Part shown: positions 22,500-30,724 of the stretch, in pieces
Layout of the letters: each line of letters starts with the position of its first letter
Numbering within the stretch: position 1 is the stretch's first letter
DNA from: Nitrososphaera viennensis EN76
GTDB lineage: Archaea > Thermoproteota > Nitrososphaeria > Nitrososphaerales > Nitrososphaeraceae
DNA length: 32,000 nt
Reading direction: 5' to 3'
Assembly (NCBI RefSeq): GCF_000698785.1
Contig: NZ_CP007536.1
Location: forward strand, 210,001 to 242,000
Program-made: the position numbers and the translations under genes
Notes under the pieces: model-generated
Databases searched by the model: none
What the model was told of the DNA's origin: nothing
The model's input: only the letters and a program-made list of their open reading frames with translations

Positions 22500-24245
22500 C
22501 TATCCTGTTTGCAGCCTTCTAAAGAATACGTCAGCATGATCTGTATGCCGATCAGTCTGCCACACTAGATAGATTTCAGGGTTCCTGTTTTCCTTCTCAA
22601 CTATTATTCCGCGAGGTCCACTTGACTCTCCTCCAGAATCTCCACTAATTTTGAATGGTCCTGCAGCTGATTTCTCACCCGTATTTTTGTGCCATAAAAG
22701 TACTTCTGCATCTGCAAAACTAGGCTTTTGTTCATCTTTTGGATGGGCAATATACTTGGCTTTCAAAGCATACAGTCCTCTATCAGAGGGAAGCAACAGG
22801 ATGTATGTTGCAAAAGAAGAAATTGATGCTGTATTCTTGCTATCCTCAAGTTTTGTACGTTCCTCAAAACTAATGCCTCCATTATTGCTAGATCTGACAA
22901 AAACATAACCGCTGTCACTTTCTTCAAACAGTTGGTATATCTGCCGGGCGCCAGTGAGCGTTCCTTTTTTCATCATATCAAACAAGCCTTCCGCCGGATT
23001 GCTCATGTCGACATATGCTACATGCACGTTGTTGCCATCAGGCGAGACTGCAAATGAAGAATGCGAGCTGATTGGGCCATCGATGCCAACATGGACGGGA
23101 TTGCCAAACGTTCTTCCTGCATCCGTGCTTTTCACGAAAATCAGCGGTGCCCGGGGAAACGAAAATGGAGTTGGAACTGCCTCCTCTTCGCCATGGCTTG
23201 CTACCTCTAATAGGAGGTACAGAGAGTCGTGCTGTTTAGAGGCTACTTCGGCTCTTGCAGAAATTATCTTGCTGCCTATGCTAGATACAGTTTTGCTCAG
23301 ACCGGTTCTTTCCTCAAAAGTCTGACCCTTGTCTGTGCTTGCAAAGATGCGGACTCTGGCGTTGTCTGAATCTCTTCCTAGAGGGTTGATAATAACGTAT
23401 ACATTCTTGCCAATGGCGTGCGGGCCGGTTGGCGAAATTACCTGCGGCCCGCCTTGACTGTCAAAACTGGTTTCTAGGAGGTCAATTTTCTTTCCAAAGG
23501 TCTTTCCACCATCGTTACTTGCCCTCAGAAATACTCTGACTGAAAATCTGTATTTTGGGGCTCTCTCAAGGCTCTTTCTAATTTGGTCTTCCATGTATTT
23601 TGCGGCTTTGTCCGTCTCGCCTGGGCCAAAAGAAATGCTCGTTGCGGCTTCTTTTGATTCCGGCTGCGCCACTTCGGACATTTTTTTCGCCGTGGTCGAT
23701 TCGACCCACATAACATAGACGTTGTTGTCGTTTCCAGCGGCAATGTACGGGGTTACTGTATCGTACGTTTCAGAAGGCCGGCCAGGGCCAAAGTTACTCA
23801 AATCATTGCTACCCTCGCTGCTGCAAACTCCTGTCTTCTCGTCGCTGATCATAACCGGTTCTCCAAATCTGTCATCATCCTCATTTTCTGAATTTCTTGA
23901 AAAGTAAACGTCAAGTTTTTTCGGAGAGCTTTTGTCAACCCATGCCAAAAAGACTCTATTTTCGTTCAAGGGCGAAAATGCGGTCCGAGGAGAAAAGCTA
24001 CTGGGTCCCTTAAACTCGTGTAAAGTTATGACATCGCCAAAAGTCCTGCCATTGTCTTTGCTTATCCTGTAGACAATGCTGGCGCTCTTTTTCTGCCCTT
24101 TGAAGTGTTCAATATTGCCATATATTCCCCTAGTCTTTTGCCATATTACATAGAGAGAATTGCTCTTGTGGGAGAACGCCACAAAAGGCGACGTGGCGTA
24201 AAAGCCACTGTCATTGCTGATGCTGACAATCTCGCCAAGGTCCAA
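22500..24245 (-). CDS. BNR/Asp-box repeat beta-propeller protein (sialidase-fold), no signal peptide seen
   Basis: Five clear Asp-boxes: SKDNGRTFG, SNDGGKTFG, STDKGQTFE, STDAGRTFG, SNNGGISFE. TTG start with an in-frame TAG immediately upstream. AT-richer than neighbours by eye. Confidence 0.8.
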   Translation of the reverse strand: MDLGEIVSISNDSGFYATSPFVAFSHKSNSLYVIWQKTRGIYGNIEHFKGQKKSASIVYRISKDNGRTFGDVITLHEFKGPSSFSPRTAFSPLNENRVFLAWVDKSSPKKLDVYFSRNSENEDDDRFGEPVMISDEKTGVCSSEGSNDLSNFGPGRPSETYDTVTPYIAAGNDNNVYVMWVESTTAKKMSEVAQPESKEAATSISFGPGETDKAAKYMEDQIRKSLERAPKYRFSVRVFLRASNDGGKTFGKKIDLLETSFDSQGGPQVISPTGPHAIGKNVYVIINPLGRDSDNARVRIFASTDKGQTFEERTGLSKTVSSIGSKIISARAEVASKQHDSLYLLLEVASHGEEEAVPTPFSFPRAPLIFVKSTDAGRTFGNPVHVGIDGPISSHSSFAVSPDGNNVHVAYVDMSNPAEGLFDMMKKGTLTGARQIYQLFEESDSGYVFVRSSNNGGISFEERTKLEDSKNTASISSFATYILLLPSDRGLYALKAKYIAHPKDEQKPSFADAEVLLWHKNTGEKSAAGPFKISGDSGGESSGPRGIIVEKENRNPEIYLVWQTDRHTDHADVFFRRLQTG

Positions 24246-24292
24246 CTATTCAAGTACGCAAAGGCTACTTTTGAAGTCTCTGTGAGGTCCTA

Positions 24293-25135
24293 CTATTGCT
24301 TGCTTCTATCCTTCAGCTCTGCCTTCTTTTTCTCGTTGCTTGAAAAGCCAAGCAGGTGACCGCGCAAGAGCTGTATGCCAAGCGCCGGGTCGACTCCCTT
24401 GGGGCAGACCGTGCTGCACGAGCCCGCAAAGTGGCACCGGAATATCCCGTGCCTGTCGTCAATCAGGTCAAGGCGCTCCTTTGATGCGTTGTCGCGGTTG
24501 TCGATGAAATAGCGGTATGCCTGCGCAAGCGCCTGGGGCCCGGGGAACTTGGTGTCGGTTGCCACGGTCGGGCAGGCGGAATAGCAGAGGCCGCACTTTA
24601 TGCAGTACGAGAACTGGAGGAACTTGTCCACTTCCTCCGGATTCTGCATGAACTCGGACATCCTGTTCACCTGCTTCGTGTCCATGTCTGCCTCGTCGTT
24701 GTGGATGTAGGGCTGCATGTTCTTGTGGTGCGCAAAGAACTGCTCAAAGTCGGTGACAAGGTCGCGTATGTGCGGGAAGTTTGCAAGGGGCTCTACCGTT
24801 ATCACGCCGCCTTCAAGCTCGGACACCTTGGTGTAGCAGGCAAGCCTGGGGATGCCGTTTATCTTCATGCCGCACGAGCCGCATGAGGCCATCCTGCACG
24901 AGTAGCGGATGCCGATGCTGTGGTCCTGGTACTGCTTGGCGTACAAGAGCGCGTCAAGGACGGTTGTGGACCTCTGCACGGGCACCTCGAAGAGGTCGTA
25001 TTTCGTGTGCTCGCCGGCGGCCCTGTTGCCCCTGAGAACCTTGAGGGTTATCGACGACCTCTGGATCTCCTTGCTGTGCTTTTCTGCACGCTTTTTGTCA
25101 AGGCGTTCGATTTTTTCTATCGTCTCTGTTGCCAT
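24293..25135 (-). CDS. sdhB: succinate dehydrogenase/fumarate reductase iron-sulfur subunit
   Basis: Cys clusters CRMASCGSCGMKINGIPRLAC (2Fe-2S), CIKCGLCYSACP (4Fe-4S) and CHFAGSCSTVCP (3Fe-4S). Confidence 0.95.
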   Translation of the reverse strand: MATETIEKIERLDKKRAEKHSKEIQRSSITLKVLRGNRAAGEHTKYDLFEVPVQRSTTVLDALLYAKQYQDHSIGIRYSCRMASCGSCGMKINGIPRLACYTKVSELEGGVITVEPLANFPHIRDLVTDFEQFFAHHKNMQPYIHNDEADMDTKQVNRMSEFMQNPEEVDKFLQFSYCIKCGLCYSACPTVATDTKFPGPQALAQAYRYFIDNRDNASKERLDLIDDRHGIFRCHFAGSCSTVCPKGVDPALGIQLLRGHLLGFSSNEKKKAELKDRSKQ

Positions 25136-25147
25136 TTTTTATTGTCA

Positions 25148-25507
25148 TCACCCTAGCGAAAACCCGTTTGCCACGATTATGGTGCGGGTCCCGTATGCCA
25201 CTATTCCGATCATCGCGGCGATTGTGACTGCAGTCACCATGCCTTCCCAGTTCCTGCTCTGCCTCATCTCAAGCAGGATGATTCGCAGGCCGTTAAAGCC
25301 GTGGATTGCCACCAGTACCAGTATCGACTCCAGGAGCACGACGTACGGGATGTTATGGTAGTTTGCTATCACGTTCTCGTACTCGAGGCTCATCCCGTAA
25401 GGCATCACGAGGCGCATCATGATGTGCACTCCGACCACGAATATCGCGGCTATTCCCGTGATGTAGTGGATTTTCATTATCTCACTTTCTTTGAGCAACC
25501 CTGTCAT
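25148..25507 (-). CDS. sdhD: succinate dehydrogenase membrane subunit (SdhD-like)
   Basis: 119 aa from the ATG at 25507, which overlaps the sdhC stop (ATGA). Three hydrophobic helices with His residues (VVGVHIMM, LVAIHGFNG). The upstream part of ORF 25148..25903 is an out-of-frame shadow over sdhC. Confidence 0.75.
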   Translation of the reverse strand: MTGLLKESEIMKIHYITGIAAIFVVGVHIMMRLVMPYGMSLEYENVIANYHNIPYVVLLESILVLVAIHGFNGLRIILLEMRQSRNWEGMVTAVTIAAMIGIVAYGTRTIIVANGFSLG

Positions 25508-25950
25508 TCGCCTCCAAACAGCACCGACGCGCCGTACAGCATTGCGACTGCGGCCAATATTAGCGCTATCCATATCCCCGACTTTTGCCTGTAGTTGAGC
25601 GACGCGGCGTCGTACGGGTAGTCGGGCCTTCCCGGCTTGCCAAGCCCCTTGCCTCCGTGCGTGAATATCAGGCGTATCCCGTTTGCGGAATGGAACGTGC
25701 TCATGCCTATCACGAGTATCAGTATCATGTGGCCAAGCGGCGTCTGGGTCAGCTCCATCATCGCGTTCCACGCGTCGATGCCTCCCGTGAGGTTGCTTGT
25801 TTCGTAGATGTGGCCTATAAAGTACGCAAGCAGGCCGACGCCTGTCAGCCTCTGCAGCCAGTACGAAACGCGCTCCCACCCGTACCTTGACGGGTTGAGC
25901 CATCCTGCAATGCCCTCGCGATTGTTGCGGTCAGCTGATGCTTTTTCCAT
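25504..25950 (-). CDS. sdhC: succinate dehydrogenase cytochrome b-type membrane subunit (SdhC-like)
   Basis: 148 aa, three TM helices, His-containing helix LLAYFIGHIYE and MSTFHSANGIRL. It starts 6 nt after the sdhA stop. Confidence 0.8.
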   Translation of the reverse strand: MEKASADRNNREGIAGWLNPSRYGWERVSYWLQRLTGVGLLAYFIGHIYETSNLTGGIDAWNAMMELTQTPLGHMILILVIGMSTFHSANGIRLIFTHGGKGLGKPGRPDYPYDAASLNYRQKSGIWIALILAAVAMLYGASVLFGGE

Positions 25951-25956
25951 ATTGTA

Positions 25957-27669
25957 TCAGTACTTCCTCTCCACTGGCGCATAGCGCGTAAAGGTCACCG
26001 GATGCCATGCCATCCTGGGGCCATCCGGCGTATGGTAAGCGAGAGTGTGGCTTAAGAAGTTGGTGTCGTCGCGGTTTGGATAGTCGGTCCTTGAGTGCGC
26101 CCCGCGGGATTCCCTGCGGTTGAGCGCCCCCACTAGCACCACCTCTGCGGTGCGGAGCATCGAGTCGGTCTCCATGACGTTTACGAAATTGGTGTTGTAT
26201 TCCTTGGCCTTGTCGTCGACGTGCTTCCACATGGCCGCTTTCAGCTCGCGCACTTTTTTCAGGGCTGACGCCAGCCCCTCCTCGTTCCTGAACACATAAG
26301 CCTTTTCGTCCATCGTGTCGGTCAGCTCCTTGCGCACCTGGTACGGGTTTACGCCGCCCGATCCCCTGAACAGGCCGTCGTAGATGCGCTTTTCCTCGTC
26401 TGCGACCTGCACCTGCGAAATCTCGATTGGTTTTGACTTGCGGGCAGACGCGTACTGCGCCGCAAGCTCGCCCGTTATCCTGCCCCACACTATGCACTCT
26501 GAAGTGGAATTGGCGCCAAGGCGGTTTGCGCCGTGCGTGCTGTTGCATGCGGCCTCGCCAGCGGTCCATAATCCCGGAAGCTCTGTCGCGCCGTCGATGT
26601 TGGCGTGGATGCCTCCCATCATGTAGTGGCACACCGGCCTCACTTCGATAGGCTCGTCGATGATGTCGACGCCGGAGAATTTTATCCCTATTTCCCTGAT
26701 GCCTGCAAGCACCTCCTTGATGCGCTCGTCGCCAAGGTGCGTCAGGTCCAGCTTTAAACAGTCAAAGCCGGTCTCGTGCTTGAAGCCCCTGCCCTCCTGT
26801 ATCTCCCTTATCATAGAGCGCGACACCACGTCGCGGGGAGCCAGCTCCATCTTGCCGGGCGCGTACTTGCTCATAAAGCGCTCGCCCTTGTTGTTTATCA
26901 GATAGCCGCCCTCGCCCCTTGCACCTTCCGTGATGAGGATGCCTGACGGCATGATGCCTGTCGGGTGGAACTGCACAAACTCCATGTCCTTCATGGCAAG
27001 GCCGGCGCGAAATGCCATGTCGATGCCGTCTGGAGTCGACGAAAACGCGTACGTGGAAAAGCTGTATATCCTGCCGGCTCCGCCCGTGCATATTATTCCT
27101 GCCGGCGCCTTGAATACCGTAAAGTTGCCCGTCTTTATTTCGATGGCGGTGATTCCCTGGAAAGCCGAGTCGCGCAGTATCGAAGTGCAGAACCACTCGT
27201 TGTAAAAGTGGATGTTGCCGTGCTTCAGGCACGTGTCGTACAGCGTCTGCATCTCGTAAAAGCCGACCTTGTCCTGCGCAAAAGTCGCGCGGGGAAACGA
27301 GTAGCCCCCGAACTTGCGCTGGGCAATCCTTCCGTCCTTGCGCCTTGACCACGGCATCCCCCAGTGGTCCAATTGATATATTTCAAACGGCATGTTGCGG
27401 ACTAGGCGCTCTGCCACGTCCTGGTCTGCAAGAAAGTCGCTCCCCTTTATCGTGTCGTAGACGTGGGATTCCTGGTTGTCGCCTTCCTCCTCGTACAGCA
27501 CGGCCGCGGTCCCGCCCTCTGCGGAAACAGAGTGGGAGCGCATGACCTGCACCTTGGAAATGACTCCGATGCTCAGGTTCTTGTCAGTAGCAGCGGCTGC
27601 AATGGCCGCGCGCAGGCCTGCAAGCCCCGAGCCGATTATGAGGACATCGTGCGATATGGTGTCAACCAA
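25957..27669 (-). CDS. sdhA: succinate dehydrogenase/fumarate reductase flavoprotein subunit
   Basis: FAD fold VLIIGSGLAGLRAAI, covalent-FAD His region RSHSVSAEGG, active-site HPTG and RLGANS motifs. 570 aa. Confidence 0.97.
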   Translation of the reverse strand: MVDTISHDVLIIGSGLAGLRAAIAAAATDKNLSIGVISKVQVMRSHSVSAEGGTAAVLYEEEGDNQESHVYDTIKGSDFLADQDVAERLVRNMPFEIYQLDHWGMPWSRRKDGRIAQRKFGGYSFPRATFAQDKVGFYEMQTLYDTCLKHGNIHFYNEWFCTSILRDSAFQGITAIEIKTGNFTVFKAPAGIICTGGAGRIYSFSTYAFSSTPDGIDMAFRAGLAMKDMEFVQFHPTGIMPSGILITEGARGEGGYLINNKGERFMSKYAPGKMELAPRDVVSRSMIREIQEGRGFKHETGFDCLKLDLTHLGDERIKEVLAGIREIGIKFSGVDIIDEPIEVRPVCHYMMGGIHANIDGATELPGLWTAGEAACNSTHGANRLGANSTSECIVWGRITGELAAQYASARKSKPIEISQVQVADEEKRIYDGLFRGSGGVNPYQVRKELTDTMDEKAYVFRNEEGLASALKKVRELKAAMWKHVDDKAKEYNTNFVNVMETDSMLRTAEVVLVGALNRRESRGAHSRTDYPNRDDTNFLSHTLAYHTPDGPRMAWHPVTFTRYAPVERKY

Positions 27670-27846
27670 ATTCCGGACAGTCCTTCTTACCGGGATTTAC
27701 ATTCTCTTAAATATCTTTGTGACTACATTTCCGTGGACAGCAGTAAGCATCCGCGTTTATTCTAACGAACAAGGATGTGTCGACAGGTGACTATTACTAC
27801 CTAGCTGGGTTAATATCTATCTTTCAAGCCCCTCTTTCAAGTAGCA

Positions 27847-28149
27847 ATGAACGACCATGACGACGCTCTTGAATCCCGGTTCTACCGTCGCCCAGAAAAG
27901 CCGGTGCCTGCAACAGTCATTGAAATGCTGAGCCGCTTTGAGTTTGATTCCACTCTGGATTACCTGAACAAGCTGCTGGAAAAAGAGCCGGACTTTGAAG
28001 ATGCCTGGGAAAAGAAAGGTATGGTTTGCTTTCTAATGCTGAAATATTCTGATGCTGTTCAAGCGTACGATGCCGCGCTCAAAATCAACCCTGCAAACGT
28101 TCGGGCGAAGAAGGGCAAAGAGGAAGCTATCTACTGGCTCAAGCGCTAA
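27847..28149 (+). CDS. small TPR-repeat protein
   Basis: 100 aa. FEDAWEKKGMVCFLMLKYSDAVQAYDAALKINPANVRAKKGK fits the TPR consensus (W-x-x-G ... A-x-x-x-Y/F-x-x-A-L-x-x-x-P). Confidence 0.7.
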   Translation: MNDHDDALESRFYRRPEKPVPATVIEMLSRFEFDSTLDYLNKLLEKEPDFEDAWEKKGMVCFLMLKYSDAVQAYDAALKINPANVRAKKGKEEAIYWLKR

Positions 28150-28249
28150 CCACAATCTGATCATAGTAATTTGCATAAGAACAATTATGAGCAATCATAT
28201 GCGATCTTGAAGCGACGTTAATAGGCAACCCATGCGTACATGAGGCGTA

Positions 28250-28633
28250 TTGGGCAAGGCCTTTGACATCTTTGTCTCGTCGCTGGTGATGTTCTTTTTC
28301 GCCGGCTACCTGAACATACATTCCGACATCATCGGCCTGCACGAGCCTCCGATACCGGTCACAAAGGAGGTGGAGGAGTTCTGGGAGCTCTTTACGTGGG
28401 TGGTCTTTGGCGTGCTTGCCCTTGACATCTACCTGAAATACCGAAAGGTGCGCGACCCGAAACTGTTTCTCAAAAAGCACTGGCTGGACATACTGATGCT
28501 GTGCCTGATGCCGCTCTTTGCCGGCTTCAAGATAGCCAAGCTTTCGGTGAAACTGGTCAAGGGGTTGAAGATGGCCAAGTCCGGGTTCAAGGCCGCGCAC
28601 GGCGCAAAAAAGATCGGCAAGGCAAAAGGCTGA
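28250..28633 (+). CDS. stand-alone voltage-sensor-domain-like membrane protein (ion_trans S1-S4-like, no pore)
   Basis: 127 aa with a TTG start 25 nt after a TTAATAG box (28218-28224). Four helices. The S2-like helix is EFWELFTWVVFGVLALDIYLKYRK. The linker/S3-like region DPKLFLKKHWLDILMLCLMPLF resembles the P-x-K-x-x-F...(W/N)-x-x-D-x-x-x-x-x-P-x-F pattern of Kv/Nav channels. The S4-like helix KIAKLSVKLVKGLKMAK has Lys every 3rd or 4th residue. Confidence 0.6.
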   Translation: MGKAFDIFVSSLVMFFFAGYLNIHSDIIGLHEPPIPVTKEVEEFWELFTWVVFGVLALDIYLKYRKVRDPKLFLKKHWLDILMLCLMPLFAGFKIAKLSVKLVKGLKMAKSGFKAAHGAKKIGKAKG

Positions 28634-28702
28634 CCCTCATCGTCACCACAACCACCACAACCCTTATTATTCAATGCAGCCGGATCAGTTTTGTCTATCT
28701 CC

Positions 28703-29065
28703 ATGTTTGACGACTGGATAAGCGCTCCAGCAATAGCCCTTGCGGTGGCCTACTCGTGGCTTGCGCACAACCTTGGCGAGCCCTTTGCGGCATTTGCAAA
28801 GGATTTCCAATTCGCGGCGATATGCACGATAACCATCATCTTCATCATAGCAAGCGTGTTCATAATGCTCAGGCAAACAAAGAAGAGGCTTCCAAAATCG
28901 TACGTGGTAGAGATCGTCGACGTGTATGGCGACAAGGTGTCGATAGACGGCGTCAGGCAAACCTTTGCGACGTACGACGCGGCGGAAAGCTATGCCCGCA
29001 TGTACCGGCAGAACTTTTCCCAGTACCGCTTCAGGGTAGTGGGCAGCCAAAAGGTTAATACCTGA
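28703..29065 (+). CDS. hypothetical membrane protein (1-2 TM) with soluble C-terminal domain
   Basis: The ORF is open from TTG 28691. The ATG at 28703 gives 120 aa. Hydrophobic segments ISAPAIALAVAYSWLA and FAAICTITIIFIIASVFIML, followed by a ~55-aa soluble tail. Confidence 0.5.
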   Translation: MFDDWISAPAIALAVAYSWLAHNLGEPFAAFAKDFQFAAICTITIIFIIASVFIMLRQTKKRLPKSYVVEIVDVYGDKVSIDGVRQTFATYDAAESYARMYRQNFSQYRFRVVGSQKVNT

Positions 29066-29085
29066 AGCAGCCTGCCGACATTTCG

Positions 29086-29367
29086 TTGACGGACCTTACG
29101 CAGTTTCTGACCAACAGGGAAAACCCAAAGGTGTTCCTTGCGCCAAACACGTCCGACTCGGAAGTGGTAGAGAAGGCAAAAAAACTGCTTGTGCAAAACG
29201 GCCTGCGCGAGGACCTTATAGAAGTGAACTATGACATGCAGCAGCTCGACGTGGGCGATCTCAATGTAAGCTATGACCCGCCTGATCTGGTAGTTCGCGC
29301 CGTGTACGACAAAAAGCCAAGCGGCATCGTCAAGATGAAGAGCGTGGCGATGATAAAACTCTCCTAG
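29086..29367 (+). CDS. hypothetical soluble protein
   Basis: 93 aa. The TTG start lies 25 nt after a TTAATA box (29055-29060). No recognisable motif. Its stop overlaps the hisS stop (CTAG). Confidence 0.4.
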   Translation: MTDLTQFLTNRENPKVFLAPNTSDSEVVEKAKKLLVQNGLREDLIEVNYDMQQLDVGDLNVSYDPPDLVVRAVYDKKPSGIVKMKSVAMIKLS

Positions 29368-30641
29368 AGCATCTTTGAAACTGCTTCTGCAAGCCTTGAA
29401 ATGTCCTGCTTGGTTTCAGAGCCGTCTTTCATGGATTTCACCGTCACCTTGTTTTCTGCAAGCTCTGCCGGCGCGACTATGATGGCAACTGCGGCGCCTT
29501 TTGTGGACGCGTCGTCCAGCTGCTTGCGCAGCGCCCTTCCAAGCATGTCATAGTCGGTGGCAATGCCCGCGTTCCTCAGCATAGAAGCGATTTCAAGCGC
29601 CCTTGCCTTTGCGTCGCCGGTCGCGTACGCGACGTACGCCAGAGGCTTTGCTGCTACTTCTTGCGCTTTGTGCTTTTGCAGCGCAAGGACGATGCGCTCA
29701 ATTCCGCCTGCCGCGCCTGTCGCGCCGATGTCCTTTCTCCCAAACGCGTCAGTGAGCCTGTCGTACCTGCCGCCGCCTACCAGCGCGCCTCCTTCGCCGG
29801 AAGCGTCAAACACCTCAAAGACAATGCCCGAGTAATAGTCAAGGCCCCTGACTATCCCGAGGTTTATCGTGGCGTTTGCCACGCCCCTTGACGCAAGCGA
29901 GTCCATAAGGCCGGACAGTTTCTGCCATGCCTGCAAGCCTTTCACATCGCCTGCTTTTGAAGCGACTTCGCCTGCCGTCCCTGTCACCTTTGAAAAGTCG
30001 ATGAGCGACTGCAATTTCGCAGGCTCTATGGCGTCCTTGTATTCTGCTAGCACGCCCTGCGCGCCCTTTTTTGGCACCTTGTCGACTGCGCGGAACATTT
30101 CAAGCACCTTTTCTTCTTCGCTGATGCCAAGCACTTTTCTGATGTACTCTTCTACCAGCTGCCGGTCGTTTACCTGTATGGATACTGCAAGACCGAGTTT
30201 CTTGAAAAACGCCGACACGAATTCGATTACCTCCGCGTCGGACTCGAGCGAAAACGGCCCGTACACTTCAATGTCCCACTGGTGGAAATACCTGTAGCGC
30301 CCCGCCTGCGGCTCGTCGTAGCGCCACACGCCGGCAAACGCCGCTATTTTGGCCGGCATCTTCAGGTCGCGCCTTGCAGCAACGTGGCGCGTAAGGCCTA
30401 TAGTCAGGTCAAAGCGCAAAGCAACGTCGCGGTCGCCCTTGTCCTTGAACGCGTAAATTTCATTGGAAATGGAAGCGCCGCTCTTGGCCTCAAGCGTGGA
30501 GAGCATCTCCAAGGGCGAGGGCTCCATCATGCGAAAGTTGAACAGCCGCGCGGTCTCAAAGAATTTCTCCCGGACGAAATTGATGCCTGCAAGGTCATCG
30601 CTTTCGATGTCCCTCATGCCGCGGGGAAGTTCCAGCTTCAC
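29364..30641 (-). CDS. hisS: histidine--tRNA ligase
   Basis: The class II HisRS N-terminal motif PRGMRD and motif 3 LVGGGRYDRL are present. The ORF is open to 30734. I favour the GTG at 30641 (M/VKLELPRGMRD, 425 aa, typical length) because TCTAAAT on the gene strand lies 23 nt upstream and because longer versions would overlap or abut vapB. The ATG at 30719 is an alternative. Confidence 0.92.
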   Translation of the reverse strand: MKLELPRGMRDIESDDLAGINFVREKFFETARLFNFRMMEPSPLEMLSTLEAKSGASISNEIYAFKDKGDRDVALRFDLTIGLTRHVAARRDLKMPAKIAAFAGVWRYDEPQAGRYRYFHQWDIEVYGPFSLESDAEVIEFVSAFFKKLGLAVSIQVNDRQLVEEYIRKVLGISEEEKVLEMFRAVDKVPKKGAQGVLAEYKDAIEPAKLQSLIDFSKVTGTAGEVASKAGDVKGLQAWQKLSGLMDSLASRGVANATINLGIVRGLDYYSGIVFEVFDASGEGGALVGGGRYDRLTDAFGRKDIGATGAAGGIERIVLALQKHKAQEVAAKPLAYVAYATGDAKARALEIASMLRNAGIATDYDMLGRALRKQLDDASTKGAAVAIIVAPAELAENKVTVKSMKDGSETKQDISRLAEAVSKML

Positions 30642-30664
30642 ACCAGTAGCACGAGGCTGTTGGC

Positions 30665-30671
30665 ATTTAGA
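30665..30671 (-). promoter_or_regulatory. TATA-like box (TCTAAAT on gene strand) 23 nt upstream of the proposed hisS GTG start
   Basis: Plus-strand ATTTAGA at 30665-30671. The spacing matches other box-to-start distances in this window. Confidence 0.3.
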
Positions 30672-30724
30672 TTTTGCGCTGGTCGCAAGCGCGCTTAAAT
30701 ATGACGGTGTGTAATACATAAAGT

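Noticed and set aside
25508-25903. N-terminal 132 codons of the 251-aa ORF 25148..25903
   Set aside because: This part runs out of frame across sdhC and is Arg/Pro/His-rich with no hydrophobic helices. The membrane-subunit-like sequence begins only at the ATG at 25507, which overlaps the sdhC stop (ATGA). It is a shadow extension, not a longer sdhD.
25931-27352. Minus-strand alternative-frame ORFs 25931..26632 (233 aa) and 26762..27352 (196 aa)
   Set aside because: They lie on the same strand as sdhA but out of frame and are extremely Arg/Gly/His-rich. sdhA in its own frame carries all flavoprotein motifs.
28139-29050. Minus-strand ORFs 28139..28600 (153 aa) and 28685..29050 (121 aa)
   Set aside because: They are antisense to the VSD-like and TM+soluble genes. 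They are His/Arg/Gln-rich with no helices or motifs, whereas the plus-strand frames have TATA-like boxes upstream (25 nt before the VSD-like start, 31 nt before the ATG at 28703) and coherent TM patterns.
28691-29065. Idea that the VSD-like gene and the next ORF form a split voltage-gated channel (S1-S4 plus pore)
   Set aside because: The downstream protein has two hydrophobic segments separated by only about 10 residues. It has no P-loop or selectivity-filter motif (no T-x-G-Y/F-G or similar), so it does not look like an S5-P-S6 pore module.
29364-29367. Convergent genes sharing a palindromic CTAG as overlapping stop codons (hisS and the 93-aa ORF)
   Set aside because: The overlap is real in the sequence, but it is a trivial consequence of tight gene packing. 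No additional structure or signal is evident.
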